A stretch of DNA of 64,000 bases from an uncultured Spirochaetales bacterium. GTDB lineage: Bacteria > Spirochaetota > Spirochaetia > CAYLLE01. Location: positions 9,125 through 73,124 of the forward strand of contig CAYLLE010000003.1 in the NCBI GenBank assembly GCA_964384485.1, read 5' to 3'. Position 1 is the first letter of the stretch, and every line of letters starts with the position of its first letter. Below the pieces are notes generated by a model. That model searched no databases. It was not told the origin of the DNA and saw only the letters and a program-made list of their open reading frames with translations. Below are positions 36,698 to 45,759 of the stretch, piece by piece. Made by a program: the position numbers and the translations under genes.

Positions 36698-38230
36698 CTA
36701 CATAAGGAAACGGATAGCGAGCCGAATAGACTGCTTTTCCTTTTCTTCCTGGAGCGGTTCTATCGATAAAATGTACTCCTCTCCCTGGACAAATCTGAAG
36801 GAGATATCCGCGTCAAGACCTAGTTTATCCATTGTACTGGAGAGTATATTCCGGGCTTTATCTTTAATTCGGAGAATTACGGGTGTTTCCTCCTGGGTAG
36901 GAAAAGAAATGAGGTAGGTACCGGTTTCGGGCGGGATAAAATGTACCTCCGTTCCCTCAGGCGGGAGTCCGATAGGAATATCCGCCTCCTTTGTCATCAG
37001 TACAGGTGGTCCCGTTTCTGATCCCGAATCAGGCAGCTCGTATTCTTCAGGACCAAGACAGAAGAGCGTCCCGCTTTCGGTTCCCACATATACGAGTTCT
37101 CCTTCCGGCACGGGCGCGGTTGATGGAACCCCGGTGATCTTTGTTTCCCAAACCAAGCTGCCGTCGGCCGGGCTGAGACACATGATCCTGCCGTCCCGGA
37201 GAGAAACATAGATATTCCCGTCTGAAAGAAGAACCGTTCCGACAGCGGAAGCCTCAAGTTCCTTCTCCCACAATACCGATCCGCTGTTCCCGTTAAGAGA
37301 CCGGATCATCCGCTCCGAACTGTATATGATACGGTTCAAACCGGAAACCGGAGGTATTCCGGACCGCTCCTGGAATTTTTTGTCCCAAAGTATATCTCCG
37401 GATATTCCTTCCAGGAGCGCCGTTCTGCCGTCAAACCAGACCACACAGACCCGGCCGTCAGCTCCGGTGATGCCGGTCACCGGAACATTTCCGTTCTCCA
37501 CGGAGAAAAGCTCTTCCCCGCTCTCCGCGTCGTTCCCCCGTATCGTGCCGCTCCCTGATCCGGTAATTACATTTCCGCTTACCATTACAGGACCCGCCGT
37601 AATTCCTTCTCCGAAAGTAACCTCCCACATCGGCTCCCCCTGCTGAACAGAAAGTGCGTGAACAGTTCCGTGGGTTGTCCCGGTAAATACGGCGGAATCG
37701 GTTATTACCGCGGAAGCCGCGGGAAATCCCCGCCCTTTAAACTGCCAGAGAAGTTCCCCGGTTAGATCGGAAACAGCATACAAAGATCCGTCGGCACTGC
37801 CGAAACATATCAGGTTGTTCCGCTTAACCGGAGGCGCAAGAATAACTCCTCCGGTACGGAAGATCCACCGGGGGCGTTCCGCGCCGGCGGACAGGGCGTA
37901 CAGGGTAAAGTCGTAGGAACTGCCGTAAACTGTGCCGTCAAAAACCGCGGGATCGGCTCCTATCCTGGCATCGGCTGAATAGGACCAGACAATTCTTGAA
38001 GGAACAGCCGCGGCTTCCGCCTGAAAAAAACGGTGATATTGTGAACCGCCGTTATCGGAGCCGGAAACATCACGGTCCGGACCGGGGTCCGGATCCTGGT
38101 CCCTGCCGATCTGTTCATTCTGAACCGTCTGCTGTTCCCTGTCCTCCCTGCTGCCGTCGCCGCAGGAGAAAACAGAAAAAACAAGAACCGCCAGAAACAA
38201 CCGCAGGAGTAGAAATATTCTATTCGGCAT
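36698..38230 (-). CDS. PQQ-like beta-propeller repeat lipoprotein with a C-terminal beta-sandwich-like domain
   Basis: Lipobox VFSVFSCG. Repeated motifs of the type G.LYA(L/V)s...G...W.. (LYALSAGAERPRWIF, LYAVSDLTGELLWQF, VHALSVQQGEPMWEV, and others). Confidence 0.75.
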   Translation of the reverse strand: MPNRIFLLLRLFLAVLVFSVFSCGDGSREDREQQTVQNEQIGRDQDPDPGPDRDVSGSDNGGSQYHRFFQAEAAAVPSRIVWSYSADARIGADPAVFDGTVYGSSYDFTLYALSAGAERPRWIFRTGGVILAPPVKRNNLICFGSADGSLYAVSDLTGELLWQFKGRGFPAASAVITDSAVFTGTTHGTVHALSVQQGEPMWEVTFGEGITAGPVMVSGNVITGSGSGTIRGNDAESGEELFSVENGNVPVTGITGADGRVCVVWFDGRTALLEGISGDILWDKKFQERSGIPPVSGLNRIIYSSERMIRSLNGNSGSVLWEKELEASAVGTVLLSDGNIYVSLRDGRIMCLSPADGSLVWETKITGVPSTAPVPEGELVYVGTESGTLFCLGPEEYELPDSGSETGPPVLMTKEADIPIGLPPEGTEVHFIPPETGTYLISFPTQEETPVILRIKDKARNILSSTMDKLGLDADISFRFVQGEEYILSIEPLQEEKEKQSIRLAIRFLM

Positions 38231-40616
38231 ACTGTTCTCCGTACGTATATAACAGCTTTTCGGAAGCCGTTATCAGCCCCCGGCGCTCCAACTCTTCTAT
38301 CAATATAGATGTCCTTTCAGTTCCAGCGTTATCTTCCGCCTTACCAAGGAAACGGATCAGCCAATGGCTCCGGAGTTCTAAATAATCCGGCCAGGAAAGG
38401 TTTCCTGAATCAAGTTCATCATTAAGAGTATTCAATAAACCGGTTGAAGCAGTTATGGCGTCCTTATCTTCGGATAAAATCGTTTCACCTTGGCGAGCAA
38501 GGCGGTGCAGATTGATCCGGGACTGATATTCATAAATCTCACGGATCGTTTCAATTCCCCGGCTCATATCTTTTATAAGAGCAGAAACCGCCGGGATGAG
38601 ACCTGTGTCACTGTCTTCGCCAAGCCAAATTGATGTCAGTACATATACTGCTTCATATAGAGTAAGATCCATGGAAGCAAGCAGCCTGATTATCTCGAGA
38701 GACTCCCGGGTTCTCCCGGAGATAACTGAGGAAGACGGCATCATTATTCCATTCAAAGCCGGAATCATTACGTCCCGGTAAATCCGGTCAAACTGAATAA
38801 GACCCCGGGAGACATACTCGTTCCTTCGGACAGGGTCTTCCGTCTCCAGCCCCAGCTTAATCCAAGGGAAAATCACATCAGTGAGGAGCTGACCAGTTTC
38901 ATCGTATTGAGATTCCACTGTTTCCGGCAGAGCACCGGATAAATATTCTGCCGAGTTTACCGGAGACTGGGTCAAATATGCCAGATTGTTCCAGCCTACT
39001 ACACCTTGTCCGTGCAGTTTGCCCCATTCTTCCCCGTCAAGTGTTATGGACGGCGGCTTTGTCTGCTGCGAAAATACTTTATATACAATATCTACCGACT
39101 CGGTGAAATCAAACTCTGTTTTAATCATCAAATTCCGAACGGTATAATCCGGAAACGAATCCCGGGGCAGAAATAATGCCGTGGACACTGAACCTGCCCG
39201 TTTCTCAAGTTCCCGTACGGTTTTCGCGTAAAACCTGGAAAAGAGCTGCTCCAGCTTTTCAGTCAGGTAGTTATTTATCTTTTTCCTGTTTTCTATTTTT
39301 ATTTCCAAACCCCAGCGGCCGGACAGCTGTCCGGATACAAGGACATGGGAGGCCCGGTTATTCAGAAAACGGAGAATGAGCCTTTCTGTTTCCAGGGCAG
39401 TACCGGTTTCGCCCTCGGCCTGCAGAAGAATGGAATTTAGTATGCTCAGTCCCTCGGTAACATACGATGATGTCCTGTTGTAGGCGGCGACCGCTTCGTT
39501 CGAATCACGGGCCCGGGCAATCTCCCTCTGCAGTGACTGTTCCTCGGTATCAAGACAGATGTCACCGCCGCTCTGCATTTTAATGAGCAGTCCCAAAACC
39601 TTTTCCAGATCAAGATGGAAATATTCTAGGGCGCGGGAAAAAATGATCCGGCCGGTATAGGTAAGTGAACTGAAACCGTAGACGCTCCGTGTCCAAAAAT
39701 GCCTGGTGATATTGTCGTATTCCATGAGCGCGCAAAACAGAACAGGATCAATGTTCTCGATAGTATAGAGGCAATTCCGGTACCCCGAAGCTGTCTCAGC
39801 CGGTATCTCCCCGGGGGAAACCATAAAGAAAGGAAGGGTCGCGACCACTGCCTGGGGCAAATATTCGTTAAGCATGGACTGTGCTTCATACAGAGTCCGG
39901 TACCAGTTAACGGACTTTTCCAGTTCCTCTTTTATTTCCGAAGAACCGGCAAGGGGTATCCGGTTAAGCAAGGACCGGTGGAATTCCATGCCTCTAAAGA
40001 GCCCCTCAAGTCCTCTAACCATGCTCCATAACCGCCACCGTTCAAGACCTTCCCGGTACGGGGGCACCTCCCGAAGATGTTTTTTTCCTTCAATATCCTC
40101 TACAGTCATAAGGTCGAGCAGCTCGTTTATGTATTCTTGCCGGATTTCGGGAGAATTTTCTCTTAAAAGACGGCTTATCTTTCTGTAGAAATTGTTAAAC
40201 CGTTCAACAGGTAACGCGGAATCAAGAAAAGCGCTGTTAATACGCTCCTGTACGGAGCTTTCAAAGCCGAAAGACGGTACTTTTACCGTGTAAACCGCTT
40301 CCCGAAGGTAATCCGTGACTTCCTGGATTTCTCTCCGGATATCAGGACTGCCTGTCATAATTCGCTCTATTTCACGGGCAGTCCGCCGGGCTATTTCCCT
40401 GACTGTTCCGGTCCCTGGAGAAGCAAGTTCTTCATCCGTTTTTTGAAGAAGAGCCTCAATGGAATCCGTAAGATGGGAATTATATTCTTTTTCTTTTAGA
40501 TTCAGGATGGTCAAACGATCGGCAAATTCATCGGCTGTACCAGACTGATTTTGGCATATTCCATTCACGGCAGCTATGAACATAAATAGCCAAACGAAAT
40601 AAAAAGTCTTTTTCAT
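38220..40616 (-). CDS. Hypothetical 798-aa secreted protein
   Basis: Signal peptide MKKTFYFVWLFMFIAAVNG. Mostly helical-looking, no recognisable motif. Overlaps the next gene by 11 nt. Confidence 0.5.
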   Translation of the reverse strand: MKKTFYFVWLFMFIAAVNGICQNQSGTADEFADRLTILNLKEKEYNSHLTDSIEALLQKTDEELASPGTGTVREIARRTAREIERIMTGSPDIRREIQEVTDYLREAVYTVKVPSFGFESSVQERINSAFLDSALPVERFNNFYRKISRLLRENSPEIRQEYINELLDLMTVEDIEGKKHLREVPPYREGLERWRLWSMVRGLEGLFRGMEFHRSLLNRIPLAGSSEIKEELEKSVNWYRTLYEAQSMLNEYLPQAVVATLPFFMVSPGEIPAETASGYRNCLYTIENIDPVLFCALMEYDNITRHFWTRSVYGFSSLTYTGRIIFSRALEYFHLDLEKVLGLLIKMQSGGDICLDTEEQSLQREIARARDSNEAVAAYNRTSSYVTEGLSILNSILLQAEGETGTALETERLILRFLNNRASHVLVSGQLSGRWGLEIKIENRKKINNYLTEKLEQLFSRFYAKTVRELEKRAGSVSTALFLPRDSFPDYTVRNLMIKTEFDFTESVDIVYKVFSQQTKPPSITLDGEEWGKLHGQGVVGWNNLAYLTQSPVNSAEYLSGALPETVESQYDETGQLLTDVIFPWIKLGLETEDPVRRNEYVSRGLIQFDRIYRDVMIPALNGIMMPSSSVISGRTRESLEIIRLLASMDLTLYEAVYVLTSIWLGEDSDTGLIPAVSALIKDMSRGIETIREIYEYQSRINLHRLARQGETILSEDKDAITASTGLLNTLNDELDSGNLSWPDYLELRSHWLIRFLGKAEDNAGTERTSILIEELERRGLITASEKLLYTYGEQYAE

Positions 40617-40713
40617 AAGCGCGTACAGCCTATCAAATATTCATGATAAGGTAAATTAGATTCACAGCGTTCCGGCAATTCCCTTAAAAAGCGGTTCCTG
40701 ATAAAATCCGGTA

Positions 40714-42921
40714 ATGGCCGATCTTTTCAGCAATGCCGAAACCGTTAACAGTGAACCTCTCGCGGCCCGAATGCGGCCAAGGACGCCGGATGAGTACATT
40801 GGACAGGAGCATATTATGGCTCCGGGAAGGCTGCTCCGCAGGGCAATTCAGGCTGATCAGCTCTCTTCCGTAATATTCTACGGTCCTCCCGGAACAGGGA
40901 AAACCACCTTGGCACGGGTGATAGCAAACTCGACCCGGAGCCATTTTATCGCTCTGAACGCTGTTTTGGGAGGCGTAAAGGAAGTACGCCGGGCAATTGA
41001 GCAGGCTGAGGAGCACCGCACCTACTACAGCAGGAGGACCATTCTTTTTGTGGATGAAGTCCACCGCTGGAACAAAGCACAGCAGGACGCGCTGCTGCCA
41101 TGGGTTGAAAACGGTACGATCATCCTTATCGGTGCCACCACGGAAAATCCTTTCTTTGAGGTGAACCGGGCTTTAGTTTCACGCAGCAGGATCTTCCAGC
41201 TGAAGCCGCTTTCACGGGAAAACATGGAGTCGATCATGGAAACCGCGCTGGATGACTCTGAACGCGGATACGGTAAATACGATATCGTCATTGACCGGGA
41301 CGCGGCACAACATCTGATTAAAACTGCCGATGGTGACGCCCGCAGTCTCCTCAACGCCCTTGAGCTTGCCGTAGAAACAACCCCTTCAGTCTTTCCCCCT
41401 CCGGAGGGAGAACAGATCCGGATTGATTTAAATACGGCTGAAGAAAGTATTCAGAAAAAGGCGGTGCTTTACGATAAGGACGGTGATTATCATTTTGACA
41501 CAATCAGCGCTTTTATTAAATCGCTCCGGGGTTCCGACCCCGACGCTTCCCTTTATTGGCTGGCAAAAATGATTCATGCCGGGGAGGACCCAAGATTTCT
41601 TTTCCGGCGAATGCTTATAATGGCTTGTGAAGATGTTGGACCGGCCGATCCTTCCGCGGTCATGATTGTTGAAGCATGCGCCGCGGCATTCGACAGAGTC
41701 GGTCTTCCGGAAGGACAGTTCCACCTCGCCCACGCCGCAGTCTATCTGTCCACCTGTCCAAAATCCAACTCCCTGCTCGGCTACTTTGACGCGCGAAAGG
41801 CTGTGGAGGAGGAGGAACAAGGAGAGGTTCCTTCTCATCTGAAAGACGGAAGCAGGGACAAGGGACTCGGACACGGTGCCGGGTACATCTATCCCCATTC
41901 CTACCGGGACCACTGGGCAGCCCAGCCTTATCTCCCGCAGAACATGAGGGGAAAACTTTTTTATAATCCCTCGGAACAGGGATACGAACGGGAAATCCGT
42001 AATCAGGTACTAAAACGCCGGGAGCTGCAGCTCTCTGCCATGGGAGAAGCCGATCAGGACGAAGTACTGACCGTATCTCCCGAAGACAGAAAAAGGGAAT
42101 TATGGTTTAAACGGATATCGGAGACCCGGATCGCCGCGTTAAACGCTGTAAGGAGCAGGATCTTTTCCGGAAACCTGATTCAACGGCACCATCGGGTGCT
42201 GGTTTCTGAACGGGGAAGCCCGTTCTTGGTATGGGAATCCTTGAGGAGGACTCCGGAGGGACTGACTGCCTACCTCAATCCGGAGCAGGAAAACCTTGAT
42301 GAAGTCGGAGAGTTTACCGCCGCGATGGCGTATCCGGAAAAACCGGTGCTCCTAAAGGGGGACGCGGAAAATATGAGTAAAATAGAAGGGCTGGCTCCGG
42401 ACACGCTGTTTGAACACTTCATCGGCAGAAACATACTTCCGGACCGGTCACACTTTTCCGGTTTTTTCACGAACCTTACCGGACTTCTTGAGCCGTCCGG
42501 GCTGTGTTTTCTTGCTCAAACTGTTCCCGGCAAAGCCCGTCCGATATCGGAACTCCTTTCGGAAGCCGGGGCGGAAAAAAGACTCACGGAGCGTCTTGAG
42601 GAAATCGACAGCAGGCTCCGGTCCGGCTCGGGTTCACCGCTTTTAAACTGGGACGGCAGGGTGATGACCGAAGCCGCGGTTTCCGCCGGATTCACCGGAT
42701 GTACCGAAACCTATGAAACATTCACCGAACCCCGGATCTTCAGGGAACGGGAAATATTGCACTGGTTCAGCCGGGAGGAGGGAATGAATTACGGCGCGCT
42801 CTTAAAAGAACTGCATCCCGGTAATTACCCGTCCATGATAGAAGAAATTGTCCGAGCTCTCAAAGAAACGGAGTTCCAATGGCCCAGAACGTACCTCTTC
42901 TTTACCGCTTGTCGGCCGTAA
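40714..42921 (+). CDS. rarA: Replication-associated recombination protein A (AAA+ RarA/MgsA) fused to a ~290-aa C-terminal domain of unknown function
   Basis: LAARMRPRTPDEYIGQEHI, Walker A GPPGTGKTTLA, FVDEVHRWNKAQQDALLP, GATTENP, GDARSLLNALE, HAGEDPRF, GYIYPHSY. RarA homology ends near aa 445 of 735. Confidence 0.85.
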   Translation: MADLFSNAETVNSEPLAARMRPRTPDEYIGQEHIMAPGRLLRRAIQADQLSSVIFYGPPGTGKTTLARVIANSTRSHFIALNAVLGGVKEVRRAIEQAEEHRTYYSRRTILFVDEVHRWNKAQQDALLPWVENGTIILIGATTENPFFEVNRALVSRSRIFQLKPLSRENMESIMETALDDSERGYGKYDIVIDRDAAQHLIKTADGDARSLLNALELAVETTPSVFPPPEGEQIRIDLNTAEESIQKKAVLYDKDGDYHFDTISAFIKSLRGSDPDASLYWLAKMIHAGEDPRFLFRRMLIMACEDVGPADPSAVMIVEACAAAFDRVGLPEGQFHLAHAAVYLSTCPKSNSLLGYFDARKAVEEEEQGEVPSHLKDGSRDKGLGHGAGYIYPHSYRDHWAAQPYLPQNMRGKLFYNPSEQGYEREIRNQVLKRRELQLSAMGEADQDEVLTVSPEDRKRELWFKRISETRIAALNAVRSRIFSGNLIQRHHRVLVSERGSPFLVWESLRRTPEGLTAYLNPEQENLDEVGEFTAAMAYPEKPVLLKGDAENMSKIEGLAPDTLFEHFIGRNILPDRSHFSGFFTNLTGLLEPSGLCFLAQTVPGKARPISELLSEAGAEKRLTERLEEIDSRLRSGSGSPLLNWDGRVMTEAAVSAGFTGCTETYETFTEPRIFREREILHWFSREEGMNYGALLKELHPGNYPSMIEEIVRALKETEFQWPRTYLFFTACRP

Positions 42922-44002
42922 GGAATCCCTCATAAACCCAGCCCATAGAACCGTCCGGAGACGATACCCTGTACCAGTACCCGGTATTTTTTCCCCAGGT
43001 TTTTTTCCGCGCAGTTCGATAGGAAAAAGTAAGCCCTGTGTTTCCCCGGATTTTTTCTATAAGCGCCGCGTATTCCGAGGGACAGGACCACAAAGGGAGG
43101 TAGTATAAAATCGATTTACCGGTTCCGGGTGTATAAATTACCGGTTCTCCGTCTCCATTGAATACGGAAGGAGAATCCGTGGAGACTACCCGGAAACCGA
43201 GAAACTCATCATGATACCGTGCCGAATTCCGGGAGCTGTACCGGCACTTCACTCCCAGCCGGCTCCTGCTGTGCATGTACGTCCATGCTCCTCTGACCGA
43301 ATATTGAGTCTGTTCCGGACCGAGGATGCTCAGCGGATTTTGTACAGGGGAATGCCGATAGAAGGCCGGATGATACCGGTCCATCACCCATTCCTGAACA
43401 TTTCCGTAACAGCCCGAGACATTGAACGGGCTAACGTCGCCGGTGATCTTATCCACCGGAAACACATGATCCCGGTATGTAAGGTTCGTTTCCTGTCCCA
43501 GGATCCGGCTGTCCCACTTTCTGAATTCTTCTCCCCACGGATAAAGAAAATTCTCTCCCCCCAAGGCTGCATATTCCCATTCCGCTTCCGTAGGAAGCCG
43601 GAAAAATCTCCCCGTTTTCTCAGAGAGCCACCGGCAGTATTCCAGGCAGTCCGCGCGGGTTATATTCACAACCGGCTTTTTGGAATTGCTGCCATGCAGA
43701 CGCCAGGTATCGCTGTCGTTAAACTTCTCCGGCTCGGTGGTATATCCGGTTTCGCCGATAAAGGCAGCAAACTGGCTGTTGGTTATTTCATACCTGGATA
43801 CAGCAAAGGAGGTTAGTTTGACCCGGTGGGAAAGATAGGACAACCGGGGTATACCGGTAGGTTCTCCCCCGGAACGGATGTACTGTTCCAGGGCTGTGTC
43901 ACCCATCATGAAGGCGCCGCCGTCTATGTTGATCATTTCCGGCAGATCCAGCGCGGAAAGGACTGCCGGGAGCAAAATCATAAAATACCATATTTTTTTC
44001 AT
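42902..44002 (-). CDS. Secreted FGE-sulfatase (SUMF1/formylglycine-generating-enzyme fold) domain protein with a C-terminal SH3b-like domain
   Basis: Signal peptide MKKIWYFMILLPAVLSA. GGAFMMGD, FAVSRYEITNSQFAAF, KPVVNITRADCLEYCRWLS, LPTEAEWEYAA, GNVQEWVMD. Tail YWYRVSSPDGSMGWVYEGFL. Confidence 0.8.
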   Translation of the reverse strand: MKKIWYFMILLPAVLSALDLPEMINIDGGAFMMGDTALEQYIRSGGEPTGIPRLSYLSHRVKLTSFAVSRYEITNSQFAAFIGETGYTTEPEKFNDSDTWRLHGSNSKKPVVNITRADCLEYCRWLSEKTGRFFRLPTEAEWEYAALGGENFLYPWGEEFRKWDSRILGQETNLTYRDHVFPVDKITGDVSPFNVSGCYGNVQEWVMDRYHPAFYRHSPVQNPLSILGPEQTQYSVRGAWTYMHSRSRLGVKCRYSSRNSARYHDEFLGFRVVSTDSPSVFNGDGEPVIYTPGTGKSILYYLPLWSCPSEYAALIEKIRGNTGLTFSYRTARKKTWGKNTGYWYRVSSPDGSMGWVYEGFLTADKR

Positions 44003-44034
44003 CTTATTCTTCTCCTTATACTGTTTAATTTTCG

Positions 44035-45759
44035 CTACTTTATTTTTTCCGCGGTAAAAATCTCCGCGGCCAAAAGATCAGAAGGATCAACCGTCAAGCG
44101 GTTTCTTACACTGGTATCAAAAACAACCAGATTTCCGTTTTCGTCAACATCCACGATGTTCACCCAATGGACGTACGTATTAGTGGCATCGTTCAGTGCG
44201 CAGGTGGTAATTTTGACATGGACATATACTTCCACCGATGTATCTTTATCCAATTCACATATTTTCTTGTATATTTTATCACCTTTTGTTTCAACCCGTT
44301 CCACGGATATTCCGATGTCTTCAGCCGCGGCCGCGATCAGAAGTTTAGCACCTTCTGTCGACAACGCTCCTCCGCCGCCGCAGTACAGTTTATTCTTTAA
44401 AGCCAGATCGTTCAGGCTTTTCGGAGTTTCATCCTCTTCCCCGATGATCGCATTAGCAATATTGGTAATCCCGGTAAGTTTACACCCCTCCTTTCCGATG
44501 GTTGTATCCTCCGTTCCCAGCTTGCAGTCCCGCCACCGTTTATCCTGCTGCCGCATGCCTTCCAGAATGCCCATAACAGTAAGGCCAAAAGGATCGGTGA
44601 AGTTAACCGGATCGCCGCCGGCGTAAATATACCAGTTGGTTCCGTCCCTGGCGGGATCCGGGGAAAAGAATCTTCCCGCCCTGGCGGAATAGATCCGGTG
44701 TCCCATATCGTAAAGTTCCGACTTCGGCAGATACAGACTGCCGCGGAATCCAGGAACAGGCAAAAAAGATTGATCAAGATCGCTGCCGGTCTGCCCGAAT
44801 AAATCATAACAGATTATGTCATTGTGCGATGATTCTGACTCCGATACAGCCCTTACGGTGTTTGTACCGTCGGCAACAAGATATCTTGGACCGGTCCCCT
44901 TGCGGGAAAGATGAAGCAGAGATCCCGGAGCCGGCAGCGCGGTAAAGCTCTTTTCTCCCTGTTTTCTTCCGTCTGACGGCAAGTACCGGTACCGGTACGG
45001 GACGGAATTCTCTTCCTTCCCCGTCCCGCCGGGTGTACCTGTCAGTCCCGATATCTCAGTAATGCTTCCCGATACCGGCAAACCGGACACCGGATCCCGG
45101 AACATCCAAAAAGAGCCTTCCGTTTCCGCTTCGCGGTATACTCCTCCCGACAGCCGCCCGAAGGGATCGTAGGAATAGGATACGGAGCAGGAACCGGTCT
45201 CTACGTTTACTATTTTACCGTCCGGTGAATATTGAAAATACTTGTCTCCGGTGCTTGAGATATTTCCGTTTTCGTAGGTCACTGGAATATTTCCCGCCTG
45301 GATCAACCGGGATTTCTTATCGTACCGGTAGACGATATCTCCAAGGGGTGTGGCTTTCTGAAGACGGTTTCCGTCCATGTCGTAGGTGTATTCAACTTTC
45401 CAGGCCCGGTTCATCCGCATGTAGTCTCTGGGGAGCATGAATCCCATGGAAACGCATGCATCGCTTATTTCATCAACACCCGGAGCATCAGCGGGATAAA
45501 AATTCCAATCCGGTTCATGGTACGGAATCAGCCCCCAACTTTCCAATTCTTTTCGGTTGATTTTATCCAGCCATGTACTCTCGGGATAAAACACCTCGGT
45601 GATTCTGCCTCCGCTGTACCGGTAGTATGTTACTTCTCCCTGATGGTTTACCGCCGCCCGTTTTCTGCCGCACGGGTCATACAGATATGCTTCCCCGAAA
45701 ACAATACCGGATTTTCCCCGGGATTCTTCCGAACAGACAATTCCTTTTAACCGGCTGCC
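44035..45759 (-). CDS. RHS/YD-repeat toxin, C-terminal portion: last YD repeats, RHS core end, and a 181-aa variable toxin tip. Same frame as 45760..49917, separated only by a TAA.
   Basis: My translation of 45595..45759 continues the YD repeats. Core-end motif IYSARAGRFFSPDP..YIYAGGDPVNFTDPFGL (DPxGL at aa 334..338 of the ORF-track protein), followed by an unrelated tip. Confidence 0.8.
   Translation of the reverse strand, partial: GSRLKGIVCSEESRGKSGIVFGEAYLYDPCGRKRAAVNHQGEVTYYRYSGGRITEVFYPESTWLDKINRKELESWGLIPYHEPDWNFYPADAPGVDEISDACVSMGFMLPRDYMRMNRAWKVEYTYDMDGNRLQKATPLGDIVYRYDKKSRLIQAGNIPVTYENGNISSTGDKYFQYSPDGKIVNVETGSCSVSYSYDPFGRLSGGVYREAETEGSFWMFRDPVSGLPVSGSITEISGLTGTPGGTGKEENSVPYRYRYLPSDGRKQGEKSFTALPAPGSLLHLSRKGTGPRYLVADGTNTVRAVSESESSHNDIICYDLFGQTGSDLDQSFLPVPGFRGSLYLPKSELYDMGHRIYSARAGRFFSPDPARDGTNWYIYAGGDPVNFTDPFGLTVMGILEGMRQQDKRWRDCKLGTEDTTIGKEGCKLTGITNIANAIIGEEDETPKSLNDLALKNKLYCGGGGALSTEGAKLLIAAAAEDIGISVERVETKGDKIYKKICELDKDTSVEVYVHVKITTCALNDATNTYVHWVNIVDVDENGNLVVFDTSVRNRLTVDPSDLLAAEIFTAEKIK

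Noticed and set aside
40684-41064. 126-aa minus-strand ORF overlapping the rarA 5' end.
   Set aside because: It overlaps the conserved RarA N-terminus and Walker A region on the opposite strand and has no independent support.
43211-44626. Plus-strand ORFs of 201 and 266 aa opposite the FGE gene and the RHS tip.
   Set aside because: They lie antisense to well-supported genes. Their translations are compositionally odd and carry no motifs.
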